A stretch of DNA of 33,870 nucleotides, taken from the sequence record SRR20825006_771. One strand, written 5' to 3'. The notes under the pieces were generated by a model. That model saw only the letters and a list, made by a program, of their open reading frames with translations. It searched no databases and was not told the DNA's origin. The position numbers and the translations under genes are program-made. Positions 1 to 7,880 of the stretch are shown piece by piece. The stretch's first letter is position 1. Each line of letters starts with the position of its first letter.

Positions 1-1
1 T

Positions 2-361
2 TACTTCCCCGGCTGGCACCAGCAGTCCACCTTCTTTGAGCTGATGATCAACCTGGATGCCTGGAAAAGTCTGAGCGAAACTCAGCAGGCGCAAATTGAA
101 GCGACCTGTGCCGCCAACGTACGCTACGGCATATCTGAAGGGGAAGCCTTGCAGGCGGACGCCATGCTCGCGCTTGAGGCAAAAGGTGTCAATATTCACA
201 CATGGACACCGGAAATTCTTGATGAGCTTCGCGCAGCATGGGGCCGGGTTGTGGCGGGGCTTGTTGAAAAAGACCCGGAATTCGCCCGTGTGTGGCATTC
301 GCTTGAAGCCTTCCGTGAGAAATATAAAGCCTGGGCCGACCGCGGCTACCTGAAGGAATAG
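2..361 (+). CDS. dctP: TRAP transporter substrate-binding protein (DctP; TakP-like subfamily), 5'-truncated by the window edge
   Basis: Frame is open from base 2 (YFPGWHQQSTFFELMINLDAWKSL...), a typical C-terminal DctP/TakP segment; lies directly upstream of dctQ and dctM. Confidence 0.88.
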   Translation, partial: YFPGWHQQSTFFELMINLDAWKSLSETQQAQIEATCAANVRYGISEGEALQADAMLALEAKGVNIHTWTPEILDELRAAWGRVVAGLVEKDPEFARVWHSLEAFREKYKAWADRGYLKE

Positions 362-363
362 CC

Positions 364-927
364 GTGAAAGCTCTCCTGGTATTTGCACGCAGCACGGAAC
401 GGTTCGTTGCCTTCTTTGGCCGCATTGGTGCCTGGGCGATTGTGGCGCTCATGCTGGTTATCATCACCGATGTTACGCTGCGCCGCTGGTTCATCATTGG
501 CTCCACCAAACTGCAGGAGCTTGAATGGCATTTGCACGGCGCGCTTTTCCTTACCTGCCTGGGTTGGGCCTTCAGCCGCAATGCCCATGTGCGCATTGAG
601 CTGGTGAGTGAGCGTGCGAGTGCCCGCACCCGCGCCTGGATAGAGCTTTGGGGCTGTATTGTCTTCCTGCTTCCCTATGTGGCCGCCATCTTGATTTTCG
701 GGGCTGATTACGTGAGTTATAGCCTCACCTATAACGAAGCCTCAGCTTCCCCTACGGGGCTCGGCAACCGCTGGATCATCAAAGCATTCATCCCGTTTGG
801 CTTTGCGCTTCTTGGGCTCGCAGCACTCGCGCGGTTAAGTGACGCAGTCGTCTATCTGTTCGGCGCTAAAGAGCTGGCAGCCCAGGCCGGCTTTGGACGT
901 CCCCACGCTCACACGGGGGACAGCTGA
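364..927 (+). CDS. dctQ: TRAP transporter small permease
   Basis: 4 TM helices; QELEWHL and HVRIEL motifs; GTG start 2 nt after the dctP stop; TGATG overlap with dctM. Confidence 0.92.
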   Translation: MKALLVFARSTERFVAFFGRIGAWAIVALMLVIITDVTLRRWFIIGSTKLQELEWHLHGALFLTCLGWAFSRNAHVRIELVSERASARTRAWIELWGCIVFLLPYVAAILIFGADYVSYSLTYNEASASPTGLGNRWIIKAFIPFGFALLGLAALARLSDAVVYLFGAKELAAQAGFGRPHAHTGDS

Positions 928-2291
928 TGGATATGATCATCGAGTTTTTACCGATCCTGATGTTCCTTGCGCTGATACCAATGCTTTTCAGCGGTTTCCC
1001 TGTGGCGTTTGTGCTTGGCGGTGTGGGGCTGCTGTTCTGGCTGTTAGCCGTGGGCCTAGGCATCGAAAACCCCAACAGTTTCTTCCTTGTTGTCAGCCGC
1101 ATCTTTGGCGGCGTGGTGAACAAGCTGGTATTGGTCGCTATCCCCATGTTTATCTTCATGGGCACCATGCTGGAACGCAGCGGGGTAGCGAAAGAGCTGC
1201 TTTATACCCTTCAGTTGATGACACGGCGCATACCGGGTGGCCTTGCGCTTTCAGTCACCGTGCTAGGTGTCATTATGGCCGCAACAACGGGCATTATTGG
1301 CGCAAGCGTGGTAATGATGACGTTGCTCGCTCTCCCGGTGATGATTGACCGTGGGTACGATAAACCCCTCGCCACAGGCACCATAGCGGCCAGCGGTACA
1401 CTGGGTATCCTGCTACCGCCATCTATCATGCTGGTGGTGATGGCCGACCTACTGTCCACATCTGCTGGCGGGCTTTTTCTTGCGGCTATCGGGCCGAGCT
1501 TGTTTCTGGCTGCGCTCTATATGCTGTATATCTTCGGCCGCACCGCCATGGCGCCTCATCTGGCACCACCGCTGGGGGCAGAAGCTGCAGCGGGCCAGCT
1601 AACCCTGATGCGTGTGTTCAGAAGTTTTGTGCCACCTATCCTTTTGATCATACTGGTGCTTGGCTCAATTTTCGGTGGGTTTGCGACACCAACGGAAGCC
1701 AGCGGTGTTGGCGCTGTTGGCGCTGTTATCCTCGCCGCCCTCAATAGAAAACTGACTTTCGCAACATTGAAGGATGTGGTGGAAAAATCCGCACTCACCA
1801 CAACCATGTTGTTTGGCCTGTTTATAGGCGCCACAGCGTTTTCATATGTTTTTGCGCTTTTGGGCGGGCACGATCTGATCCTGTCTGCCATCAACCAGAA
1901 CGACATATCACCTTGGTTGGTGCTGGCCGTATTGATGCTTGCTGTGTTCCTGCTTGGGTTCTTTTTCGACTGGATCGAGATTACGCTGATTATTCTGCCA
2001 GTGTTCGCCCCGATCATTGCAGCCCTTGATTTTGGCGCCCATCTGCCAGAGGCAGGAACCGTCACCGTCTGGTTTGCTATCTTGATGGCAGTGAACCTGC
2101 AAACGAGCTTCCTGACACCGCCTTTTGGCTTTGCCCTCTTCTATATGAAAGGCGCTGCACCTGAGGGTGTAAAGCTATCGGACATATACCGCGGCATCAT
2201 CCCGTTTGTGGCCCTTCAGCTTCTTGGCTTGATCGTGCTGTTGATATGGCCAGACCTCGCGCTCTGGCTCCCGCGTTTTCTAGGCAAGTAG
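927..2291 (+). CDS. dctM: TRAP transporter large permease
   Basis: About 12 TM; LVAIPMFIFMG, ASGTLGILLPPSI, ATPTEASGVGA and NLQTSFLTPPFG motifs. Confidence 0.95.
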   Translation: MDMIIEFLPILMFLALIPMLFSGFPVAFVLGGVGLLFWLLAVGLGIENPNSFFLVVSRIFGGVVNKLVLVAIPMFIFMGTMLERSGVAKELLYTLQLMTRRIPGGLALSVTVLGVIMAATTGIIGASVVMMTLLALPVMIDRGYDKPLATGTIAASGTLGILLPPSIMLVVMADLLSTSAGGLFLAAIGPSLFLAALYMLYIFGRTAMAPHLAPPLGAEAAAGQLTLMRVFRSFVPPILLIILVLGSIFGGFATPTEASGVGAVGAVILAALNRKLTFATLKDVVEKSALTTTMLFGLFIGATAFSYVFALLGGHDLILSAINQNDISPWLVLAVLMLAVFLLGFFFDWIEITLIILPVFAPIIAALDFGAHLPEAGTVTVWFAILMAVNLQTSFLTPPFGFALFYMKGAAPEGVKLSDIYRGIIPFVALQLLGLIVLLIWPDLALWLPRFLGK

Positions 2292-2314
2292 TCTGAAGAG
2301 AATATCGGCTAAAT

Positions 2315-2343
2315 AAGAAGGCGCCGGAAATGGCGCCTTCTTT
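2315..2343. terminator. Probable bidirectional intrinsic terminator between convergent dctM and DUF2336 genes
   Basis: AAGAAGGCGCC-ggaaat-GGCGCCTTCTT perfect 11-bp stem with A/T flanks. Confidence 0.75.
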
Positions 2344-2363
2344 ACGTTTGGTAAGACTGCCGG

Positions 2364-3491
2364 TTAAGCCGCGTCTGAAGAGCTGTCGTCATGGCGCTGT
2401 AGTTTACCAATCAGATAGTCAAGGTTCTCAGTATCCACATCATCTTCAACGGCTGTCAGCACGCGTTCGATCATAAGCTGACGGAACAGCTGCCGGTCAT
2501 CGCCGCCGGTCTCAAGCATTTCATCCGCCACATCAAGTGCAGCTCGCGCCATAGGCAGAAACTGTTCTGGCATCTTGGCAACTTCAAACAGGCGCCTTAG
2601 GCCCATGTCACCTTTGTCATGCACCAGCTTGTAGGCGTTGACCACAGGAATACCCACCCGCTTCGCAAGTGCCACCTCAAAGAAAGTGGTGTCACCCATG
2701 CACAGTGCGCGTAGCATCAAGGTTGGGGTAAGACGGCCATTGTCAAACAGCTGATCAACCAGTTCCTGAACAGTGGTTGACTTCTGTCCACCCTCAAGCA
2801 GCGATACGGTTGCTTTCTCGCGGCTTTCCAGCAGCAGGTCACTGGCCATAGACGGGGAAATTTCGTGATGTGTCATGATGTGGTCACGCAACTGCTCAGA
2901 CACGAGCGTCACAAGGCGTTCCGCGACACCAATCGGCAATTCACCGCGCATGGCAAGCGGCGCTTTAACAACATCGCTGTCGCCGAATTTATCAAGGACT
3001 TTACCGAAAGTAGCTTCCTTGATCTTGGCGCCCTTGTTGTTAACAAGGGTTGCAACAACTTCCTCATCGCCAGTATCAGCCAGCGCGTCAGCCACGTCTT
3101 CTGAGACATCCCTGCGGCCAGCCACAACTTTTTGCACATCAGTGCCGCGCGTGCGAACGATGTCGATCAAATCCTTGTCCGTGAGAACGGAGGAGAATTC
3201 GATAACGGGCATCGCGACTTCGTCAACGTCTTGTGCAAGTGAAGCGGCCACGTCATGCGGCACATCCGGGTTATCCTTCAGACTTTCAGACAAAGCCTGA
3301 CGAACCCTGACGGCAGCATCGCGCAACATCACCCGAAAGATATCTTCCGCGATCTGGCGTTCGCTTTCCGTTAGCGCACTGGCACCAAAGGTGCCCGCGA
3401 CTTTTGCAGCAGCCTCCGCCCGGTTATTCTCGTTCGGATCCTGCAACAGTTTAGCAACATCGGCGCTTGAAAGCTTATTGGCGTCAGACAA
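2364..3491 (-). CDS. DUF2336 domain-containing protein (alphaproteobacterial; SpbR-like family)
   Basis: VRQALSESLK, VAMPVIEFSSVLTDKDLIDIV and VVATLVNNKGA pattern; start placed at TTG 3491 behind a GAGGGG RBS (ORF track extends to 3527). Confidence 0.85.
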   Translation of the reverse strand: MSDANKLSSADVAKLLQDPNENNRAEAAAKVAGTFGASALTESERQIAEDIFRVMLRDAAVRVRQALSESLKDNPDVPHDVAASLAQDVDEVAMPVIEFSSVLTDKDLIDIVRTRGTDVQKVVAGRRDVSEDVADALADTGDEEVVATLVNNKGAKIKEATFGKVLDKFGDSDVVKAPLAMRGELPIGVAERLVTLVSEQLRDHIMTHHEISPSMASDLLLESREKATVSLLEGGQKSTTVQELVDQLFDNGRLTPTLMLRALCMGDTTFFEVALAKRVGIPVVNAYKLVHDKGDMGLRRLFEVAKMPEQFLPMARAALDVADEMLETGGDDRQLFRQLMIERVLTAVEDDVDTENLDYLIGKLQRHDDSSSDAA

Positions 3492-3541
3492 AACTATCTT
3501 CCCCTCAAAAAAAGGTCCTACGCGCACGCTATGCCAAACAG

Positions 3542-3557
3542 GTTAATCGCCCGTTAA
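3542..3557 (-). promoter_or_regulatory. CtrA-binding site (TTAA-N7-TTAAC) upstream of the DUF2336 gene
   Basis: Minus strand reads TTAA-CGGGCGA-TTAAC, an exact consensus match, about 50 nt upstream of the start. Confidence 0.65.
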
Positions 3558-3756
3558 AAGAAAGACGAAACAGCCACAAAGGCCGGAAAGCGCCAGTCAA
3601 CCTGAAATCGTGAGCATCTTTCCGTTGAGCCGAACCACATTAGCGGCTAGCATGCGGCACAATTTTAACCGGACGAGGCCTTCGTCCCAAGAACAAACTG
3701 ATGAAGTGGCAGGATTTTTTCCTAGCCCAAGTGCAACAGAGTGTTGGGGAGCAACA

Positions 3757-5331
3757 ATGAAACGCCTTTTGGCTTCAATAATTCTTATTCTGGGCAGCGC
3801 GGGCGCGGCCTTCGCACAAGAAACAGAGAAAACCTTCGCCGAATCCGTCAATGAAGTAATGGCTCCTATCAGCCAGGTTATCTCAGACGTGATTTTCTTT
3901 GCCATTCCAATGGATTGGTTGATTGCAGATGCGCCGGGTATCCCGTTCATTGCGCTCTGGCTGGTTGGCGGCGCTATTTTCTTCAGCTTTTATTTTGGAT
4001 TCCCGAACATCCGGGGCTTCAGACAGTCAATCCGCATCGTCAAAGGGACCTATGACAACCCAAGCGACCCGGGCGAAGTTACTCACTTCCAGGCGCTCAC
4101 AGCGGCTGTTTCCGGCACAGTAGGCCTTGGCAACATTGCAGGTGTGGCTATTGCGGTATCCATTGGTGGCCCGGGGGCAACCTTCTGGATGATCCTTGCA
4201 GGTTTCTTTGGCATGACCAGCAAGTTCGTTGAATGTACGCTTGGTGTTAAATACCGCGAGATTGACGAAAATGGCGTGGTAACAGGTGGGCCAATGCTCT
4301 ATCTGTCCCGTGGCCTTGCCAATCATGGTTTGCCAAACCTCGGTAAAATCCTTGCCGTTGCGGCTGCTGTTATTTGTATTGGCGGTGCATACGGTGCTGG
4401 TGCCATGTTCCAGGTTAACCAGTCCTCCACACAATTCACCAACGAGATCGCAGCCCTCACCGGCGGTATGGACAGCGTGTTCTATGGTCGTCAGTGGCTC
4501 TTTGGTATCATGTTCGCCTTCTTCGTCGGCCTCGTGATCATCGGCGGTATCCGTCAAATCACCCACGTGACAGAGTTTCTAGTGCCCATCATGGCAACGC
4601 TTTATATCTCTGCTTCGCTTGTTGTAATTTTCAGCCACTTCTCTGAAATTCCATCGGCGTTTGGCCAGATTTTCGCCGGAGCCTTTACGGGTGAAGGTGT
4701 GCAAGGCGGTATCATTGGCGTGCTTATCCAAGGCTTACGCCGCGCCAGCTTCTCTAATGAGGCTGGCCTTGGTTCAGCCGCGATTGCTCACTCCGCCGCC
4801 AAAACAAAAGAGCCGGTAGCAGAAGGCCTTGTGGCCCTTCTTGAGCCCTTCATTGATACGGTGGTAATTTGTACGATCACAGCACTTGTCATTATCCTGA
4901 CTGGGTCGTTTGACCCGAACGCATCCGGCACGTCAGCAGGTATCGCGCTGACATCCAACGCTTTCGCGTCGGTGATCGACTGGTTCCCATATATCCTGAC
5001 AGTAGCGGTTATTCTGTTTGCCTTCTCTACGTCCATTACGTGGTTCTATTACGGCCAGCGGTCTTTCCTTTACCTGTTTGGAAACAACAGAGCCGCCGAC
5101 TTCGCATTCAAGATGTCTTACCTGATGATCCTCGTGATCGGATCGGCGATGTCGCTTGCGCCGGTGATGGATATGGCAGACGCGCTTCTGCTCGCGATGG
5201 GCTTCCCGAATATCGTGGGTCTGATCATCATGCGGAAAGAGGTGAAAGAGATGCTGGAAAACTATCTCGCCAGAGTGAAGTCCGGTGCGATCAAGCCCTA
5301 TATTCACGATAAAAGTGAAGCGGCAAAGTGA
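3757..5331 (+). CDS. Alanine/glycine:cation symporter (AGCS/AlsT family)
   Basis: GEVTHFQALTAAVSGTVGLGNIAGVA, GGPGATFWM, FSNEAGLGSAAIAH and EPFIDTVVICT motifs; ATG 3757 after GGGGAG RBS; N-terminal signal-peptide-like segment. Confidence 0.93.
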   Translation: MKRLLASIILILGSAGAAFAQETEKTFAESVNEVMAPISQVISDVIFFAIPMDWLIADAPGIPFIALWLVGGAIFFSFYFGFPNIRGFRQSIRIVKGTYDNPSDPGEVTHFQALTAAVSGTVGLGNIAGVAIAVSIGGPGATFWMILAGFFGMTSKFVECTLGVKYREIDENGVVTGGPMLYLSRGLANHGLPNLGKILAVAAAVICIGGAYGAGAMFQVNQSSTQFTNEIAALTGGMDSVFYGRQWLFGIMFAFFVGLVIIGGIRQITHVTEFLVPIMATLYISASLVVIFSHFSEIPSAFGQIFAGAFTGEGVQGGIIGVLIQGLRRASFSNEAGLGSAAIAHSAAKTKEPVAEGLVALLEPFIDTVVICTITALVIILTGSFDPNASGTSAGIALTSNAFASVIDWFPYILTVAVILFAFSTSITWFYYGQRSFLYLFGNNRAADFAFKMSYLMILVIGSAMSLAPVMDMADALLLAMGFPNIVGLIIMRKEVKEMLENYLARVKSGAIKPYIHDKSEAAK

Positions 5332-5382
5332 CACAGCAACCTTGAACCATATTCATGCGATATTAAGTATGAAAATGCAGTA

Positions 5383-5406
5383 TGTGGCGGGGGTAACTCC
5401 GCCACA
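5383..5406 (+). other. Intercistronic stem-loop with GNRA (GUAA) tetraloop upstream of the cytochrome c gene
   Basis: TGTGGCGGGG-gtaa-CTCCGCCACA, a 10-bp stem with one G-U pair and no clear U tract. Confidence 0.5.
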
Positions 5407-5425
5407 ATTATGTCAGGAGCAGACA

Positions 5426-5848
5426 ATGAAAAGATATCTAGCCGCCATAACCGTCGCCATGCTTTGCGGTGTAGCAACCGCCCCAGCGATGGCCGACGAT
5501 GACCCCACCTCAACGGCAATTTCCTCCGACGGTGACGCGGAAAAAGGCAAACGTATTTTCAACCGCTGCAAAGCGTGTCATAACCTTACGGCTGCAGAAC
5601 GGTCCCGTATGGGCCCAAACCTTGACGGCCTTTTTGGTCGTGGAGCAGGCAGTAAGGAAGATTATAAATACTCAAAAGCGCTCGCCGAAGCCGATTTTGT
5701 TTGGACGGAAGAAAAGTTGGACGCGTGGTTAAGCGCGCCAAAAACTTTCCTGCCTGGTAACAAGATGGCGTTTGCTGGCCTCAGGAAAGAACAAGACCGC
5801 ATGGACTTGATGGCTTACCTGCGTACGGCGACAGTAGCGAGCGAATAA
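5426..5848 (+). CDS. Class I cytochrome c (cytochrome c2 family), Sec signal peptide
   Basis: CKACH heme motif, GPNLDGLFGR, PGNKMAFAGL (Met axial ligand); ATG 5426 after AGGAG. Confidence 0.93.
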   Translation: MKRYLAAITVAMLCGVATAPAMADDDPTSTAISSDGDAEKGKRIFNRCKACHNLTAAERSRMGPNLDGLFGRGAGSKEDYKYSKALAEADFVWTEEKLDAWLSAPKTFLPGNKMAFAGLRKEQDRMDLMAYLRTATVASE

Positions 5849-5878
5849 TTCAGGCTTCTCGCCAGTTAGGATATTCCG

Positions 5879-6532
5879 ATGAAACGCCTATTTGCTCTTT
5901 TCTCCTTGTTACTGATGCTTGCGCCTACCGCGCACGCGCAGGACGGCGGTGACCGCGCGGTTGATGACGTGCGGGGAGCGATTGAATTCGTTCAAAACCT
6001 GAGCTCCGAGACCATTGCTGTCTGGAGCGATAGCAAGCTGTCAGCATCTGAACGCTATACGGCCTTCCGTGCCATTTTTGAAGACGCCACAGACATTGAG
6101 TTGCTGGCACAGGGCATGTTGGGGCTGCATTACCGTACAATTACGAAAGAACAGCGCGAAACCTATATGAAGGCAATGGGTGATTATATCATCGCTGAGT
6201 TTGATAAGCGCATGGCACAAATCGGCTTCAAATCACTGGAAGTGAGCGGCACCAAACCAGCATCTGGCAAACAAGGCCACCTTTATGTGCGCACGGAAGT
6301 AACCCGTGACGAAGGACAACCGATTTTGGCCGACTGGCGCGTTCGCAAGAAAGACGGCAAGTTCCAGATTGTGAACCTTGAGTTTGAAGGCATCAACCTT
6401 CTGATCACAAACCGGGACCTGTTTTCTTCAAAAATCAAGCGAGACGGTTTTGATGGCCTTATTGCCTGGTTGAGGGCACAGAATACGATGCCCGGCGCAC
6501 AAGGCAGTACGGCGGCAGAAGCTTCACGCTGA
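5879..6532 (+). CDS. mlaC: MlaC/Ttg2D-family periplasmic phospholipid-binding protein
   Basis: Signal peptide ending AHA-Q; DWRVRKKDGKFQIVNLEFEGINLLITNRDLF C-terminal signature. Confidence 0.85.
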   Translation: MKRLFALFSLLLMLAPTAHAQDGGDRAVDDVRGAIEFVQNLSSETIAVWSDSKLSASERYTAFRAIFEDATDIELLAQGMLGLHYRTITKEQRETYMKAMGDYIIAEFDKRMAQIGFKSLEVSGTKPASGKQGHLYVRTEVTRDEGQPILADWRVRKKDGKFQIVNLEFEGINLLITNRDLFSSKIKRDGFDGLIAWLRAQNTMPGAQGSTAAEASR

Positions 6533-6540
6533 TAGCACAA

Positions 6541-7095
6541 TTATTCTGCGGTGTTGGTGCCAACAGCTTCAACGCCGCAGTCAAGCCTCAGGCTCCCCGC
6601 TGTGTTATAAAGCGCAGCCTCAAGCGCCGCAAAGCGCCCTTCCCCCAAATTGATAGCAAAACGCGTGCGGTAGTCGAAACCGTCGTCTGCAGCTGTGCGT
6701 TTGCTGCTCATGCGTACGATGTTTGCGCCATATTCCACCAACACATCACTGATGCGGGCTACAAGCCCAGGGCGGTCACCGCCCGAAATGTCAACGATAT
6801 GAGTGATGGTGGCGCTTTCACCGCGCGCAAGAGCGAAGGGGAACCGGCTGACAGTAATGCGTGCACCAGCTACAGCCTCGAGCGCCGCCAAGCCTGCGGT
6901 CACCTCTTCTTCGTCTGCTCCAGCGGAAAACTCAGCAATGCAGGAAAACTCGAATCCCTCACCCAATACGGCAAAAGCGCTATCTGCCAGATTGGCGCCG
7001 GTTTCAAACAGGTACCCCGTAACGCCAGAGACAACCCCAACACGGTCCAGCCCAATGATGGAAATAAGAAATTTGTCGTTCACATATGCGCTCAT
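6541..7095 (-). CDS. Double ACT-domain protein, GcvR-like (glycine cleavage regulator family)
   Basis: Two ACT motifs (IGLDRVGVVSGVT...GANLADS; SGGDRPGLVARIS...GANIVRM); ATG 7095 after AGGAG. Confidence 0.8.
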   Translation of the reverse strand: MSAYVNDKFLISIIGLDRVGVVSGVTGYLFETGANLADSAFAVLGEGFEFSCIAEFSAGADEEEVTAGLAALEAVAGARITVSRFPFALARGESATITHIVDISGGDRPGLVARISDVLVEYGANIVRMSSKRTAADDGFDYRTRFAINLGEGRFAALEAALYNTAGSLRLDCGVEAVGTNTAE

Positions 7096-7203
7096 GGTGG
7101 TACTCCTAAGAAAAGGGTGGCGTTTTCCAGCGAGTTTGCTAAATAAACGCCACCGAAGCAATCAGATGTTACGGATATCACCAATTCAACAGGAACATAT
7201 TCC

Positions 7204-7425
7204 ATGGCAGACCAGCAGCTTTTACATCTTGTCTTTGGCGGTCAGGTAAAAGACCCGCAATCCCTCGAATTCGCTGACCTCAACAAGGTTGATATCGTCG
7301 GCATTTACGGGTCCTATTCAGAAGCTGAGCAAGCGTGGCGCAGTGTCAGTCAGGCGAATGTAGACGATGCAATGACCAAATATGTGGTTGTTCACCTGCA
7401 CAAGCTTCTTGAGCCTGCGGAATAA
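7204..7425 (+). CDS. DUF4170 domain-containing protein
   Basis: LLHLVFGG...DIVGIYGSYSEAEQAWR...VDDAMTKYVVVHLHKLLEP matches the small alphaproteobacterial DUF4170 family. Confidence 0.85.
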   Translation: MADQQLLHLVFGGQVKDPQSLEFADLNKVDIVGIYGSYSEAEQAWRSVSQANVDDAMTKYVVVHLHKLLEPAE

Positions 7426-7463
7426 GCCAAAGCGTTCCGGGCAAAAGCCTTCCAGAAAGCAAC

Positions 7464-7496
7464 AAGGACGAGCAGCGCGCAGCGTGATCGTCCTTT
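7464..7496. terminator. Possible terminator hairpin between convergent small genes
   Basis: AAGGACGA...TCGTCCTT 8-bp outer stem with an imperfect inner stem. Confidence 0.4.
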
Positions 7497-7546
7497 CTAG
7501 CTTCTCAAAGGGCAGATTACGGCCCCTTATATAGGTTTAGTGCGTG

Positions 7547-7735
7547 CTAGTGCGCGCGAGCCTTTTCAGCAAAATAAGCATTAATGCTGGCTTCAATCGC
7601 ATCACCGTTCGTGTCGTATGCGCCCATGCGGCCAGTCATGGCCTGGTGCGCTTCTTCACGCGTGCTTGGATGAAGCCGGTTAAGCTCTAGGCTTACAAGG
7701 CGGCGTAGCCCTGCACTGTCGATTGGTTGGTACAT
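7547..7735 (-). CDS. Hypothetical 62-aa protein
   Basis: ATG preceded by purine-rich GGAAGAAAAAT; fills an otherwise empty gap between two terminators; no family recognised. Confidence 0.55.
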   Translation of the reverse strand: MYQPIDSAGLRRLVSLELNRLHPSTREEAHQAMTGRMGAYDTNGDAIEASINAYFAEKARAH

Positions 7736-7813
7736 ATTTTTCTTCCATTTTTACTTTTTTGGTACCGTCATTGGTAGCATCAAAGCGCGACAGTTTTTTG
7801 TCACGCCGATGAC

Positions 7814-7860
7814 AAAAATAAAACAGGCAGGGGCTGAGGTCACCCCAACCACTGCCTGCC
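7814..7860 (-). terminator. Intrinsic terminator of the DUF885 gene
   Basis: Minus strand: CAGGCAG-t-GGTTGGGG-tga-CCTCAGCC-c-CTGCCTG followed by TTTTATTTTT, about 20 nt after the stop. Confidence 0.7.
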
Positions 7861-7880
7861 AACTTTCTATATATGGCAGT

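Noticed and set aside
3694-3750. CTGATGA followed by a hairpin, resembling a hammerhead ribozyme core
   Set aside because: No GAAA after stem II and no stem I/III closure
3610-3756. N-terminal extensions in the ORF track (here, and also 5285, 7161, 9752, 10538, 26144, 27471)
   Set aside because: Downstream ATGs have better RBSs, signal peptides or family-consistent N-termini, and several extensions overlap neighbouring genes
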